Shown here one piece after another: positions 26,216-38,657 of a stretch of DNA of 64,000 nucleotides. This stretch comes from Haliotis rubra (lineage: Eukaryota). The notes beneath the pieces are model-generated. The model did not search any database and had not been told where the DNA came from. It was given only the letters and a program-made list of their open reading frames with translations. The stretch is taken from the NCBI RefSeq assembly GCF_003918875.1, contig NW_025766414.1, positions 434,001-498,000 on the forward strand. Reading direction: 5' to 3'. The stretch's first letter is position 1; each line of letters begins with the position of its first letter. The translations under genes and the position numbers were made by a program.

Positions 26216-27960
26216 GAATCAGTCCCTGAAGTGCGAAAGCGAGAACCTTTAAATAAAACCCCTGGTCATCAGAAACGACTGTTGTATTACCACCTATATT
26301 ATTTGCGCAGTATCAGCAGACACATCACGTCAATTGGACACGACGTCAATAATCTGTAATGCCACAAGTCAAGCTGGGAAAAGGTTGATGTGTTAAGAGT
26401 CTCATTCATCAATGAAAACGCATCAGCGTTTATCTTACCATCCAGGGTTACCTACAGGTCACAGAGAACGCTGATTACAATCTGTATTTAGGAAACCGAA
26501 AGCATTTTCAAGACAGTACTATTCAGATACCCACGCATTCAATCTAAGCTATCATTGGAAAACTAATCCGTGAACATTGATAACGTCGTGTTGAGTTCAT
26601 GTATTGACTTGGTGTGTTTGCAGCGAGGACTGTGGGCCAATTCATCAGTCCCTAGACATCTGATGCGAAATGGAAACTACATTAAAAACTCTGATCCATG
26701 CAGCCGATCGAGAATGCATTAGTGTTTCAATTTTGAGCAACTGTACCGTGGGTCGTTCTTATATCAATTTAAGATTGGGGTCAGGTGGCCATTTTTTGTT
26801 GACTGGTAAAATCGAAATACTAACGGGAATAATGTTACTGTGAGTCATGTACGTTGCTGTAAGTGTAATTTTATGAACATAACAAAATAACGGTGTCTTC
26901 GTCTGGTAAATGTGTTATCAAAACTGATTCATTGATGAAACTGGTACAGGTTAACAGAGACTCAGAGACACGCCCTAAAAGAGAAGTGGTGCAAAATCTC
27001 AAATAACGGTGTCAGAATTTACAAAACTTAAGTCTAAATAGGCTAGTAGGCTTGGAATCCAGGGTGAATAGTGATCTCTTGTACAGCTTTTGGACTACAC
27101 ATACGGGGACCATCCTGTTCTAGACTGAAACAGTGAAGATCTGTTTGTTGCGAAATAGCAGTTTGTTTGTTGTTAAATAGCTAAAAATCCTTTTAGAATT
27201 GTACACGAATGTAGGAGCGGGCTATGGCTCCTTATGAAACGTTTGTCTTAGGTCCATCATCGTATGAATGCAGTGGTAGTTAAGACAATGTTTAAAAGAT
27301 TCTGTGATAACATGAAAAACAAGTAATCAGCTGACCTATGCTTTATGTTTGTCATCATATAAAATACATGTGACATTGGGAGTTTTCGTGGGTAGATCAC
27401 AATAACAAGTGATCAGTTCTTTGATTGACATTGCGTTGAAATTAAAATCAGCTCATAATAACAGCCATCCCTTGAGACGCCATTCTATTTCACTTGAACC
27501 TTATTAATCTTGCCCAACTGTCCTTGCACTCCAAGAGATCTAAAAGTTCCTTCCACCAGACAACTCTGATTTCCCTTGACATAGTCAACTGCGTACACAA
27601 TGCAAGGATGATTTCCTGTCTGATTCATAAGGGAATTACGATCAGGCCTAATGTCCCAGTCTGCTCATACTACAAGGTGTACTCATGCTGACACGAATGC
27701 AATGAATCGTGTCACGTACGATGAAAGACTTTATTGAATGTTTACAGTATCGATATTCAATTTCATGGTGTCAAACAAAACAAAATACGAATATATTTAC
27801 AAACGAAGTTACCGAAATAGCTCATTGCTTCTGATAAGTATTTTCCCCCATATATCGTGCTGTATGTGAACTTTTAGGTTTTTCTGTTTCGAAATGTAAT
27901 GACAAGCTTTAGGACACAGCAAAAGGATTATATGTGTTCTAGACTGAAACAGTGAGGATC

Positions 27961-28170
27961 TGTTTGTTTGTTTGTTTGGTGTTAAATAGCTATGTGACGA
28001 CAGACTGGATCAAACAATCCAGTGATAGCGCCACGAACATCGATCTGTGCAGATTTATATGTTGGCATGTGTCAACCCAGTCAGCGAGCCTGACTACCCG
28101 ATCTCGGTAGTCGCCTCTTATGACAAGCATGTTTTGCTGAAGACCAATTCTAACCCGGATCTTCAAGGGT
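27961..28170 (-). mobile_element. tRNA-less SINE-like element, (CAAA)n tail
   Basis: Contains family core GTCAACC.AGTCAGCGAGCCTGAC..GTCGCCTCTTA.GACAAGCATG..AATTCTAACCCGGATCTTCA. Confidence 0.85.
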
Positions 28171-28262
28171 TCATTTACACTGAGCGTTGGATGGCTTCTA
28201 CAATAAAACATCTAACACTGACACAGTCAATTAAAGCCAAGTATTAGGTCGATAATGTAGTA

Positions 28263-28653
28263 GTGAGTGAGTGATTGAGTTTAGTTAACGCCGCACTCAG
28301 CAATATTCCAGCTATATGGCGGCGGTCTGTGAATAATCGAGTCTGGACCAGACAATCCAGGGATCAACAGCATGAACATCGATCTACGCAATTGGGATAC
28401 GATGACATGTGTCAACCAAGTCAGCGAGCCTGGCCACCCGATCCCGTTAGAACGGCGGTCTGTAAATAATCGAGACTGGACCAGACAATCCAGGGATTAA
28501 CAGTATGAACATCGATCTACGCAACTGGGATACGATACATGACAACTCAGTCAGCGAGCCTCACCACCCTATACCGTGAGTCGCCTCTTACGACAAGCAT
28601 GGGTTACTGTTCATGTCGAGAAGCTCAATTCCAACCCGGACCTTCACGGGTCC
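28263..28653 (-). mobile_element. tRNA-less SINE-like element with ~130-bp internal tandem duplication
   Basis: (GAGT)n tail; CGGCGGTCTGT(G/A)AATAATCGAG..CCAGACAATCCAGGGAT block occurs at 28320 and 28453; 5' end GGACCCGTGAAGG on the minus strand. Confidence 0.9.
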
Positions 28654-28787
28654 GTTCATGTAGTAAGTGTCTTATCGTGGTCTTTATGTTTAGCAATGCA
28701 TTGTGATCATTATTCAGAAAGGGACTTCCAAACGGATGAAAGATGTTCATGAATGCGTATATTTTCCTTTCAGCGCATTTATTAGGA

Positions 28788-29272
28788 GATAAACATCATG
28801 TGTTGGCCAGTTACCGGGTGTTATTGAGTATTTGAAGCACGGCGTCAGCCGGAGGTTCCAAATGAAATATTCCCGTGCTTCAAATACTCAATAACACCCG
28901 GAAATTGGCCAACACATGATGTTTATCGACATTGTAAACACAAAAGTAAACCAAAATGGTCCACACACTAAACCATTCTATTAAAGATGATTAGTTAGAT
29001 GTGTAGACTCGTCAAAAATAAAAGAGTAAAAGAAATCTGTACATTATATTGAATGGACATTGCAAGATGTGACAAATCGTCACATTTTTCTGGCCTGTGG
29101 CAGAGGTACTATGCTGGCTTGCCGCATGGAACTCTGGGTAGGAGAGTGAATACAATGGTGTGAGCGATGTTTGTACGTATTAATACGCAGCGAATTTCCA
29201 GGAATCGAATACCATTCGATCATGTTTTTCAACCAATCAGATTAAAGAACACAGTGACTTTTGGTTTACAAT
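28788..29272. mobile_element. Non-coding element opening with a 55-bp-arm palindrome; superfamily uncertain (possibly Crypton-like)
   Basis: Arms 28788-28842 and 28873-28927 with 2 mismatches and a 30-nt loop; then ATTGTAAAC (28931) ... GTTTACAAT (29264-29272) inverted pair. Confidence 0.5.
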
Positions 29273-29526
29273 CCATATTAATACGATACTGAACAATCAG
29301 TATGATGTGATTTGTTGATTATCGTATTCACATGCCTTGTTTTGACAAAATCGGCTGTGTGTTGGATCGAAGCCCCAAGTCCCTATTGATGAACTTCAGT
29401 CAATACACTAAGCCTTGAGACAATTGATAGTCTAGAACAAACAGAGTAATGTCCTCTCAGATTCAAGAAAGAATACCCATTAAGGTATATCTGTTGCTCA
29501 TGTTAAATTCATGTCAATACTGTTTT

Positions 29527-29616
29527 GGGGAGGTGGTGTAGCCTAGTGGTTAAAGCGTTCGCTTGCCACGAAGACCTTGGTTCGATTCCCCACAAGGGGT
29601 ACACCAGAACTGGGCC
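29527..29616 (+). mobile_element. tRNA-derived SINE head (Pol III A and B boxes), rearranged
   Basis: TAGCCTAGTGGTTAA (A box), GGTTCGATTCC (B box); followed by an inverted piece ACACCAGAACTGGGC of the same SINE; no proper cloverleaf. Confidence 0.75.
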
Positions 29617-30711
29617 TGTTCTCGGGATGGTGGATACCATAAATACATATTTCTATGTAAGCATGTCTATTGTTGCCTTTTCATGATCTGCCCTTTCTTG
29701 CACAGACAGCAATGTATAACATCTGTTCTTTAATTCATATAAGATATGTTCACGTAAGTGCTCGTCAAACAATTGTACAGAGTCTCATTCACAACGTTGG
29801 TGAATTCAAATGGTTAAAAAATGCTCAACTGATACCTAAGCTGAAGTATTCCCTCCTCAATGTACAGCATATCGTCATCGCGAGCATAGATCTGACGTTT
29901 CACAGCCATCCCCTGTATTTCAACCCGCGATAGCTACGTGATAATTAAGTGGTCGGTGGAAAACCACCACATTGAATACAGAGATTTTACGCAAAAGTGT
30001 CCCTTGGTCCTGTAACTCTGCCGAAAGGTCAGACGGTGACTATTACCGTCCAAGATACTTAATTAACTTTACCATACATCTTTCATACCCTATCTTCTTT
30101 TCATTTCCTGATTTCTTTTAATCTTCCAGTTGCCTACCAGGCTTATCCTAACACGCAATAGACTGCTTTGTACTCAGGAGGTCTTTGTAAGCATAAATAT
30201 ATCTGCCATCCCTATGGGCATCGCTCGTAATGACCTCCGCTGTGCAACTCCCCTACAGCAAGAGGATGTAATGGAAGATACGCACTCGGCGAGCGTTTAA
30301 TGGCAGTGATATTGCCTAAATGATTTCAACCCAAATCCCTATTTCCGACTTCCAGTAAACCTCAAGGGGCTCTTTATATTACAGCAAAAGAGTCTTCTAT
30401 TGGTAAAGGGATGATATGATACAGAATGGTGAGATGATAGGCACTTTTATTATATCTCGGTAAGTTAGAGGGTCATGGAAGTGTATTAGCGCTACAGTCT
30501 GGAAATGTTTCTCATGATACTTACTTCTACGCAGAAAATACATGATATTAGAATCCGTGCATGAAGCAGACGTATTGTCCCCACGACTCTTAGTATAGTG
30601 GACTAACTGCGGATTCCTCTTTATATAGTGTATTGTTGGTTGATGGCTTACTGTTTAAGATGCTCTTTAAAGCTAAAGTGGAATATGTCATACTCTAGTT
30701 GCTATACTGAC

Positions 30712-30834
30712 CTTCGACGACAGGATTGACCACTGTTTAAATATATTCGGTTTTGATTTATGATGTTCTCTCATCACGACCTGGTTGAAATATTGCTGAT
30801 GTGACGATAAATTCTCACTCATTCACTCACTCAC
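30712..30834 (+). mobile_element. I/Nimb LINE 3' stub
   Basis: TGTTCTC..CACGAC..GGTTGAAATATTGCTGATGTGACG..(ACTC)n. Confidence 0.75.
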
Positions 30835-30994
30835 TGGTGCTCGGCATTTACGTGATAAAATAAGGACCCTTCATTTTCGAGTCAGTATACTCAATCTGTG
30901 GGGTATTCATGCTAAACGGGTGTTATTCGTGCTACATTGTGGAGTAGTCTTGCGAAACGGAGGCATGTTATTACAAGAGGTATAGCCCGACAGA

Positions 30995-31129
30995 NNNNNN
31001 NNNNNNNNNNNNNNNNNNNNNNNNNNNNNNNNNNNNNNNNNNNNNNNNNNNNNNNNNNNNNNNNNNNNNNNNNNNNNNNNNNNNNNNNNNNNNNNNNNNN
31101 NNNNNNNNNNNNNNNNNNNNNNNNNNNNN
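30995..31129. other. Assembly gap
   Basis: Run of N. Confidence 1.
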
Positions 31130-32569
31130 ATGAACATACTTAATCATGGGTATTCTCTTACAAACGCAGATTTAAGAGTTCGACAATATCATACATGTAA
31201 GCATGTGTTTATGAATACCATTTTATCAAGATCCATATCGCCTCACCCACAGCTGTACACTGGACGAAGCTACCTATTGTCTGGATAGTTACATATCACC
31301 CTCGTTGATCGTAGCTTTTCTCTCAGCATGAATCACCTCAGTGGATGTGAAATTGAAGCTCGTCTCTGCTGACTAAGTGGTGGCAAAATAATATTTCTGC
31401 CCATAGAGTGTCCGTATCATTGAATAGTCTGATCTGTAGAATTGAGGAAATGTATATTATCATTTTCCAGTGAAAGATTACATGGAATATGTATATTTCC
31501 AGGGTGGCATTCGTTGTACAAAGACATCTTGAGTGTATTATATCAAGACATTTAAGATTATTGTTTGCCCTGGTTCGTTTATTGTAGGCAGTCTAAAAGT
31601 GATAAATAACTTGCAGCTTCAATTTGTATGATCAAAATGCGACATTCCTTTTCAATATTGTACAGCTACTGTTACAATAAGAACTGAATGAGAGAAAGAC
31701 AGAATATTATTAACAAGACTTTGGTTGGACAACCTCCAGTCTGCCCATCATCGCAGGAAACGATTAACATTTTCCCCACCTATTTTTTGTCCTCGAAAAT
31801 ATGGGATTAACTACACTCACCAAGATAGTGTCTAAACAGCACAAAGACCTAATAGCACAGTGTGTTTCACGGGGACATCATGTCTATTTCCTTACATCTG
31901 GATCTACGTAGCTTACAGCATATATGTAAGGTTGTGTAGTGTTTAGTAGTGCAGATACAGTACAGAAGCAGATCATGTGTGACGTGGTGATGTCTGTGAA
32001 GAATCCCCAGCACTTCAAATATATTTCAGTCTATACCAGAGTGGAAGTGATAAATCTTTCTCCTGATTGCTTGGGTCAGGGTAACGATTTCATATCATGG
32101 TAAACACACGCGAGCCATTTCAATCAAACTTCCAGTTCCAGACGATTCCAGCGGTCCAATCATCGCATCCCCAGAATATTGATCTTTGTTCATGGTATCG
32201 GCAAAGGGTTTGTCTGGTCCAGATTCGGTTATTTGTCGATCGTCATGACAAAGCCGTATGATTGTACATAGCAATCATTCCCTGACGCGAACATTTCACA
32301 TCCAACAAATTACCTGTCTTTATGGGATCACACTGGTGGCGGGTCCAGTCCCCCTTCAACCAGAGTAACTTCACTTTCTGGCTTCTCATGTGCTCGTCTC
32401 AATATATCGAACACTGCAAAACAAAGATGATGAAGGGGAATAAGGAGTAAGCCTCAGCTGAATGGAATGTTTATATTCGTCTTCAAATATACTTGCCTCA
32501 CGGTCACACCGTTAATAAGAGACCAATTTCACGTTCTATAATGGATTACGACAGTTGAGGCAAGATTAA

Positions 32570-33040
32570 GTGTGACAAAAGTGTGTCTGTTACTGAGACG
32601 CCAGGTGTCTGGATGTAGAGAGGGTGAAGTCTTTGTAAAGATGTTTACTGCCTGTTGTGAACGACTTGGCCAAGCATTATCGTCCATGAAGATGTGGCAT
32701 TTCCATTGATCGTCACAAAGTTTATAGTCGTGTGAGAGCTTCCCCTTCCAACCTCATACACATGTACACACATCATCAATGAACCCCCAACAAACGGTAC
32801 GTGTTCCAAGATATTTCGTTGTCCACACACACGACCACGAGCATCCTGTTACTTAGAGAAATGCTGTATCCTCTCTCGACCTGAAAGCTGACGGTCCTCA
32901 ACGTCATTACCGGTATTCTGGCCAAACGGCTGGTAATTGATTGGTGACATCCAACATGTCTTGCCATAGCCCTCAATGACTGTGGCATTGCATGATTAAC
33001 TTCATCCAACATCCCACATACCAATAACTTGCCATCTTTC
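32570..33040 (-). pseudogene. Decayed Tc1 transposase remnant
   Basis: SLRAMARHVGCHQSITSRL (HTH), NILEHVPFVGGSLMM, FVTINGN peptides. Confidence 0.65.
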
Positions 33041-34447
33041 AGCAGCTGTCAGTTGAGGAAGCCCAGTATTTGCTTAAATCAAAACGAAATCAATTTATTT
33101 TCCAAGTTATGCCATAGCCCTCAATGACTGGTTACACCTAACTTGCCATCTTTCCAGCTGTGATCATAGAGAAAATACGTGTACATCCTAAACCAGTGTA
33201 CATCCTAAACCAGTGTATGGCGCACCCGAATGATCAAAATTATCATACAAACAAACATGATTATATGAATATAAATGGGAATTATGATGGGTAAAATCAA
33301 AGATGTTGCGATACTCTTTTCTATGTGTATATATCAAACTGCTATGGCTCCATTATGAGATCAGATCTTTTCCAAGGTCAATGAGAAAACTAGAAGTTGG
33401 GTGTGAAATAAATGAAATACTGTTCCTCGGTGATATATAAACTTTCCATCATGTGATCACCATCGTCTCACAAGAGCTTGTTCACTGACTCATGAAGAAA
33501 GATGAAGTAATAACAAAGCCGTACCAGTGCTTTTTTCAAAGGTCATATCGTTCTTTAGTTCGGCAATAGACGGCGATATAGTTATAACAGAAAGATATCC
33601 CAGAGGTATTTTGGCGGTCAGACAAAAAGGATTTCGGTTGCAATAATGGATGCTGTAGCAGTGTATAGTAATTGCAAGATCTTGCAGTAAAAAGCGTACC
33701 TTTGATTATATCCTCCTGCTCCTGGCAGAATTCCTGAACTGAGGCCATTATAAAAGGTGCCTTGTTGATCGACAGATTCAATAATGCTTACAAACACCTC
33801 CAGGGGTACAAAGAGACGTTTTGTGTGTCTGGTAAAGCATGGTAGTTACTGTGGGGCCTATAGGAAAGGGGATTTGGTATGGACAATAACATTCAGACTG
33901 CTTTTTGCCGCCTCGAAGAGTTGCCAGGTCCAGGAACATTTTAAGTATTACCTCTCAGTAGAATTCGTTCGTCTTCCCTTATTCATCACGTTGCTAATTC
34001 AGGCACAGCTACACAGGGTGATAATATATTATACGAAGAAGAGGGAATGCTTACGTGTCAGCGGATATGCCTCAGCAATTTGAACTGAACAACACAACAG
34101 ATTCCCGCCAGATTGATTGACAATCTATATTATCAGTTCCAATGTCTGATCAATTTGACCTTTTTCATATATATCTAAGTATGCATATGATGCATTATAT
34201 AAAAGTATTTCAGTGTGTGTGTGAAAGTAATTCTACTCAGAGAAATTCAATACCCCAAAGGTGGTTTGCTGGATAGTCTGACTTACAATAGTTTTAGTGA
34301 GGAAATGTAGACAAGTAATCGGTATCCCTATAGCTTCCCACTGCCTTCTTCTACATGGTATGTTTCTCTCTGCCTACAAGTCAGACTTCTTGCCTGCATT
34401 AATTAGCTCAAATACATTAACTCAAGTCTGCATTATATTTAGAAATA

Positions 34448-34586
34448 TACTCATGCCAATAATGGTTGTCACAGCCCTTCAATTGTTTTAATTGGAGAGG
34501 GTTGTGGGGGGTGTGTGTGTGTGGGTGTGTGTGTGTGTGTGTGGGGTGGGGGTGGGGAGGGGTGACAACCATTATTGGCATGAGTA
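34448..34586. mobile_element. Tc1/mariner-type MITE with (GT)n/G-rich core
   Basis: Perfect 25-bp TIR TACTCATGCCAATAATGGTTGTCAC, TA TSD on both sides. Confidence 0.8.
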
Positions 34587-36460
34587 TAGTATTTATTTGT
34601 GAATTCCCCCGTCATGTCCAGCAATATACCATCAGCGCCACCTTATGGCGTCTACATTTCCCAGTTGGTTGGATACTTTGGAGCATGTATGCTTTATTCA
34701 TAAGGGCATTTGCTTACAGGTAAGCTGTCAAATACAGCCAAACGATTGAAAGGAACGTGAATGTTTGAAGAGGGCGTTAAATCAATGCAGTTTTTTTATC
34801 AAATAAATGACTTGTGAGTATTAGTGATGATTCTTTGTAGATGCCCTGTTTTGAATTTCTCCAGTATCATTGTTGTAATAGTTACCAATATTTCCGCAGT
34901 CTCACAAAAATTGATATACCCAATCGTAATTTCGTTACTGAAGATAAATGTCTCGTCTGTTTTTCACGTTTTCAATCCCTGAACATATGTTACCATGGCA
35001 ATCAAAAAGAAGATGTACAAGTGTTTCCTGTTGACGAAGCATCCACGGTACATCATGGGGCCTCTATATCACCTTGCGTCATCTTGGCTGCAAGAAAAGA
35101 ATCTGCTTACTATTGATATGGCCATCATTATTAAGGTGAACGCGTATTTTGCACTGAATGCACTCAGTGCAAGTACTGAAGAATCCCCGATATGACTGAA
35201 TTTGAAAGCAAATAGAACTAAACGTATTGAAACGATGCAGTCAACAGGAAGTCCGGGATCCAATCAGTCCTCTGTGTGCCGTCTTACAAAACGTTGCCCG
35301 CTACAAACCATTACCCAACCACCAGCAATGCCTCGGAGATGAAACCACAAAACCACAAAGGTACAAAAGTTACAAAGTTAAACTGAAATGGTGCTCATTT
35401 ACACCTCCCTGCAATTCTCCTTGACCCAAAACCAAAACTTAGATTGACTATATTGTCAGATAGTATCGTTTATCAGAATCATTTGTACAGCTTATATACA
35501 TATGTCTGCAATATTGTCACCTGCACAGAAGAGAATAGACGGAGAACAATATTTTAGGCCAGATGAAACCCAAGTGACGGATTTCTGTTTCTCCGCATTG
35601 TTTGAGTTTGTCAGTACATACTTTTTGCTGCTCACCTTAATCTTACTTTCTAACATTTATAAATATTTTCATTGTATGATTAAGAAGTTCCGTTTGTGCA
35701 GGACAGAGCACCTGCCCACGACCTCTGGTCGAGCCTATGTGTAGTTAATGATGTTCCCTGCTGAGTTCTATTGAGGGATCATCTGTTATCATGTGTTGTT
35801 ACCCACTGGTTAATATTCATGATGAACGCCCGTGATTAACTAAAAATGACCATGTACAACAATCCGCCAAAATCAACAACTGATGCCTTCAAGACGAAGG
35901 AGAAACACCCATTTCTGGTTCGGTTTAAATTAGTTCCTCTTTTTGATTACACATATAGATGACATTCTTGTACGTATATTATTGACATTCCAGTCCCGCA
36001 AATATCAGTACTCAGTACTTTATTCCATTTCAAATGCATTCTTCTTTATTACTCACCATATGGAAGTAATATGTGCACGTCGATTTGATTCCGTTCACTA
36101 ACAATCGTATTTTCATTTAATGGTACAAGTGATTAGAAAGAAGGTAGATCTCCACCATGTTCCGATTGCAGTTAATCAAACAGTCCTTAGATGCGGCGAA
36201 GTATATTTTTCGTGACATTAATTCAAGCAATATTTTTTCAACGCTGCATGTACATACACACATAACTATATATATCTAACCACAAAGTTTCTAATTACAC
36301 TTCAGCAAGAAATCCATAATAGCAATTCTAAGTTTACACAAAAAATATACTGAACCACAAAAGAAATGTCGCACTGATGGGGGTTTCTTAAAAGCACACA
36401 CTTTAATTCACTCTAATTAACAATCAAAACGGAGGACTGAGTTCAAACTAGACAATTATG

Positions 36461-37064
36461 ATGTCTTTCAGTGGCATTTAGAAGTTGTACATTGATGTCC
36501 AAGATATTTTTATGGATTAAACTTCTTTTTAATTTCTCTCACGACGTTTCGAGACCATTCCAGGTCCCTTCATCAGGTGAACTGGCAGTTATGACTATGG
36601 CGTCGTCACTATGACGTCATTACTGAGTTATGACGTCACAGTGCAAGTGACATCACAGTACACTAGGGAGAGTACTGTATAAGTGAGTTTGGAGCGTTAA
36701 TTACATAATGATGAAAATTCATGCTAAATAATAGAGTTGAAAGTTGAATTGTCAATACACAACAACTGCTAATTACACAAAAGTTACTTGATAGCAGGCT
36801 TTCCAAAAAGAATAGTAGACTCGTTTTTCTAAAGTTCATCAAAAGTTAATCAAGAGGTCCCACGCACTTGGCAGGTATACACCTTGATCACGATTCATTG
36901 CTGGTTTATGTCTCCTTATCTCGACAGCCTCCTGTAGTTTTCTCCGACGCCAGTCGTCGTTATTTCTCGAAAGCACCCTGATATCATTCCACATGATTAC
37001 ATGACTTGGGTTATTTGCCTTGTGTTCCGATATAGCTGACTTATCATTTTGTTTGCATACTGAC
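36461..37064 (-). mobile_element. 5'-truncated Penelope-like element (GIY-YIG C-terminus + pLTR) nested in Tc1 C
   Basis: 10-bp TSD GACAATTATG at 36451-36460 and 37065-37074; KSAISEH..WRRRKLQEAVEIRRHKPAMNRDQG..WD. Confidence 0.9.
36539..36580 (-). ncRNA. Minimal type I hammerhead ribozyme in Penelope pLTR
   Basis: UCAC-CUGAUGA-A-GGGACC(UGGAAU)GGUCUC-GAAAC-GUC-GUGA: intact core, 6-bp stem II, loopless palindromic stem III. Confidence 0.8.
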
Positions 37065-38491
37065 GACAATTATGGTTAACACATTTTCGGGAAACACATT
37101 TAAAGTTCACACAAACAAAATCATCAAAAATGGTACCATTAAGATACCCCAAAGACAGTATCGTGTGTGGCCTCTATGGGCATCGATGTAATCGTTGCAT
37201 CGTCTGTACATGGAATGAATTAGCCGGTCGATGAAGGTCATACGCACTTGGGTCCATACTCTGCGAAATGCCTGCTCGAGTCTAGCCGTAGTTGTCGGCC
37301 TTTGTTGGAGGCCATTCAGTCTTCTTTGAATCTCGCCCCACAGATGTTCTACTGGACTTAAATTCGGACTGAGTGCACGATTTTGTAGGGTTTGGATACC
37401 ATACTATCTCAGGAAGTCCAATGTTGCTTGGCAGTGTGGGCACGACCGTTGTCTTGCTGGAAGATGTGATTTCTATAACGTCGAAAATGTGGTACAACGT
37501 GGGGTCTTATGACTTTATCAATATAACGAGCAGCAGTCATGTCATTTCCTCATCCTGGACCAAGATTCTGGAACACCACGGTAACTAACTTGTTCAGATT
37601 GATTGCACCCCACACTATGATGCTTGGACCACCCCATGAGTCTCTTTCAACAATACACTCATTGGAAAACATTTCACCACGCCCTCGCCATACTCTCACT
37701 CTGCCATCGACTGCCGAAACACAATATCGGCTTTCATGAGATAACAGCACAGTTCTCCATTGTCGATAACGCCAGTTTCGATGCTGAGTTGCCCATTTTG
37801 GTCGGTTTGGGCGGTGATGAGCGGTGAGGACAGGACTACGATATGCTCTGTGACAGTAGAGGTTTCTCCCGCGCAAACGTCCACGCACTGTATGGGCACT
37901 GACGGGTCTGTTGTGAGTCCAAATGGTCTGCCGTGCTGCATATGGTTGCGCGCAGCCTGCCATTCTTGACGTTGTGATGTTACTGAAGGTCGCCCACTGC
38001 GTTGACGGTCTTGAATGCTGTTAGTGACCTGAATACCACCCCTGCTGTCCTTACATGAACATTAAAATGATTGGCTACCCTCCGTGCAGTCTGGACAACT
38101 AGCAACCGTCCCACGACTTGGTTACTCTGATTTCTCGTAAGACGTGGCATGGTGGTTGTGTCAAAACAAAAATGATTTCAGGTGGGTTTGGGACTCGCTT
38201 TCATTGGTAGGGTTGTCACGACATGCACGTGCATTTTCATTTTCACGAATGTCATACGGAACCTCGGTGCGTTTGATCGATATGCTTTTTCATCAGAAAA
38301 CACACTGATGTTGGTAATAACTGTTAATTTGGATTGAAAAACATGTTAAGAAAATGGTACAATCATAATAAAAATACCACCTTGCAAGAACATTTTGCAT
38401 TTGGTTTTGAAAAGCGACGTTTCTTTTGTGGTTCAGTATATATATGTAGGTATTCTTGAATTGGTCATCTCATCTGGGTACATAGCAATAT

Positions 38492-38542
38492 CCGCCATAT
38501 AGCTGGAATATTGCTGAGTGTGGCGTAAAACTAAACTCACTC
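38492..38542 (+). mobile_element. 51-bp SINE 3' stub
   Basis: 12-bp TSD ACATAGCAATAT at 38480-38491 and 38543-38554. Confidence 0.85.
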
Positions 38543-38657
38543 ACATAGCAATATATTATGACCATTCGGGTTTTTTTTAAAGCTGGACAACCATGAACTT
38601 CTAATTTAGCAGTTGACACAGAACCTCGCCACCTGACCCCAGGCTTAAATTGGTGCT

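Larger units (their letters stand above)
36348..38438 (-). mobile_element. Tc1 element C, both TIRs present, decayed transposase (about 37158-38150), nested Penelope
   Basis: TIRs TACTGAACCACAAAAGAAA(T/C)GTCGC, TA TSDs at 36346-36347 and 38439-38440; WRTVLLSHESRYC, WGGPSIIVWGAI motifs. Confidence 0.93.

Noticed and set aside
29527-29603. tRNA gene
   Set aside because: A and B boxes are present, but there is no acceptor/anticodon stem pairing, and it continues into SINE body sequence shared with 61133-61300.
30907-31143. ORFs spanning N runs (also 44534-44925)
   Set aside because: Artefacts of assembly gaps and microsatellite.
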